From Phaeosaccion multiseriatum (taxonomy: Eukaryota > Protista > Ochrophyta, other classes): a DNA stretch of 64,000 nucleotides. Under the pieces are notes generated by a model, which saw only the letters and a list, made by a program, of their open reading frames with translations, did not search any database and had not been told where the DNA came from. The stretch lies in contig OZ218950.1 of the NCBI GenBank assembly GCA_965112735.1, positions 1,488,001 through 1,552,000 on the forward strand, given 5' to 3'. Within the stretch, counting starts at the first letter, position 1. Each line of letters starts with the position of its first letter. Both the position numbers and the translations under genes were made by a program. This document shows, one piece after another, positions 62,876 to 64,000 of the stretch.

Positions 62876-64000
62876 CAGGGAGGAGAGTAGAGGAGAGAGT
62901 GTCAGGAGGGGTGGACGAAAGAGCACGAGAGAGTGTGATGAGAAAGCACGATGACTGGCCTTTGAGAACAGCAAAACGTTTCTCGCCCACATCCACCCAC
63001 ACACCCACACGCACATACGCACACACCCACACACATCGACACACACGCAATCACACGTGCACACACGCACGCGGACGACGACCGCGATCTTTCTCTCTGT
63101 TCCCCCCCCCCCCCCCACTCTCTCTCTCACCTCGACGAGGTCGTTTCCGTGCTCGTCTGCAAAGGAGACACTCCGCTTGTTCATAAACCTCCTGCGAGCG
63201 AGGGGGAGGGAGAACGGGAACGAACGCACGAATGGGGTGAGGTGAGTTATGTACGGGGCCCAAGACCCTCACAACGTGTGGTGGGAGCGAGGAGAGGATG
63301 GCACGCACATAAGCTGCTGGATAGAACAGTCAGGCGTATGGGCATAGGTCAGGCATATCGGCACACATGCGGGCCAAGACCAGCCAAAGCAGGTTACAAA
63401 CGTAAGAGCGTAGGGGATGTGGGTGCACACTTCGGTTGCAATCACAAGCGGTACCTCACACTACTCTGCTCTTGGTCCACTCCACTCGAGACACAACAAG
63501 ATAGTAGGTGCTCCGTGGTCACGAGGCCACAGAGCAGAACAAGCGACACAAGCAGAAGAATGCGCATCCATACACGCCTCTTCCACTAATGAGCTGGGCT
63601 GTCTACGGCCAGAATGCAGTCTGTCTGTCTGTCTGTCTGTCTGTGTGTCCGTCCACCACCACCACCACCACCACCACCACTCCCCCCTCCACCACCATCG
63701 GTTTGGTACTCTAGGCGCTCGTTTACTTACTGAGAGTTGGAGGAAGAGCCTTCGTCCATAGCCGTTGACGAATATCTGCTCGTCGTGCGCAGCTGAGAGG
63801 GGATCTTGCCGTTGTTTGATATCGCCCGTCTCATGTGCGCAGCTCTCCCTAACCCCCCACCAGGCACTGCGCCGCTGCCCCTGCGACTCGAGGGAAAGCT
63901 CTTTCTCCCTGCTGATCCCTCGGACTCTGCACTACTCGCACTATCCATTTGGTGATCCCTTGTGGTATGAAGTCCCCCTGCCGCTGCCCCTGCCCCTGCC
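62692..64000 (-). CDS. Low-complexity protein with RVxF-type motif and C-terminal CaaX box, probably 5'-truncated
   Basis: Exons >63948-63731, 63191-63131 and 62802-62692 splice in frame to ...SSNSQRFMNKRSVSFADEHGNDLVETVYSSKLFYS...GCGGRCSIC*. The frame stays open to the window edge. Confidence 0.65.

Overview
Gene-dense, GC-rich eukaryotic nuclear DNA with GT-AG introns full of microsatellites. A bipartite plastid-targeting sequence, a front-end desaturase and a heterokont-type ankyrin protein point to a photosynthetic stramenopile (eustigmatophyte-like; inference). I reconstruct 19 spliced protein genes: TANGO6/Rtp1 (partial), a giant CID-like/cyclin protein, two ankyrin proteins, RRP42, RPN5, a WD40 protein, mitochondrial L32, an unknown plastid protein, REX1-B, TMEM208, TRM1, CWC15, SPCS2, an acylated SAM-LRR protein, a GSCFA protein, a delta-6-type desaturase, glycine amidinotransferase and an RVxF/CaaX protein (partial). 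From 18 kb onward the genes alternate strand in head-to-head pairs. The only break in that pattern (about 40.8-42.15 kb) is a ~1.3-kb non-coding segment that folds into long hairpins and long-range helices. It is the best candidate for an undescribed structured RNA locus. A dispersed 15-mer (AGCAGTTGGTGATAC) recurs in exons and near intron 3' ends. Most long ORFs in the track are shadows of microsatellites or antisense frames. All calls are by eye; no searches were run.
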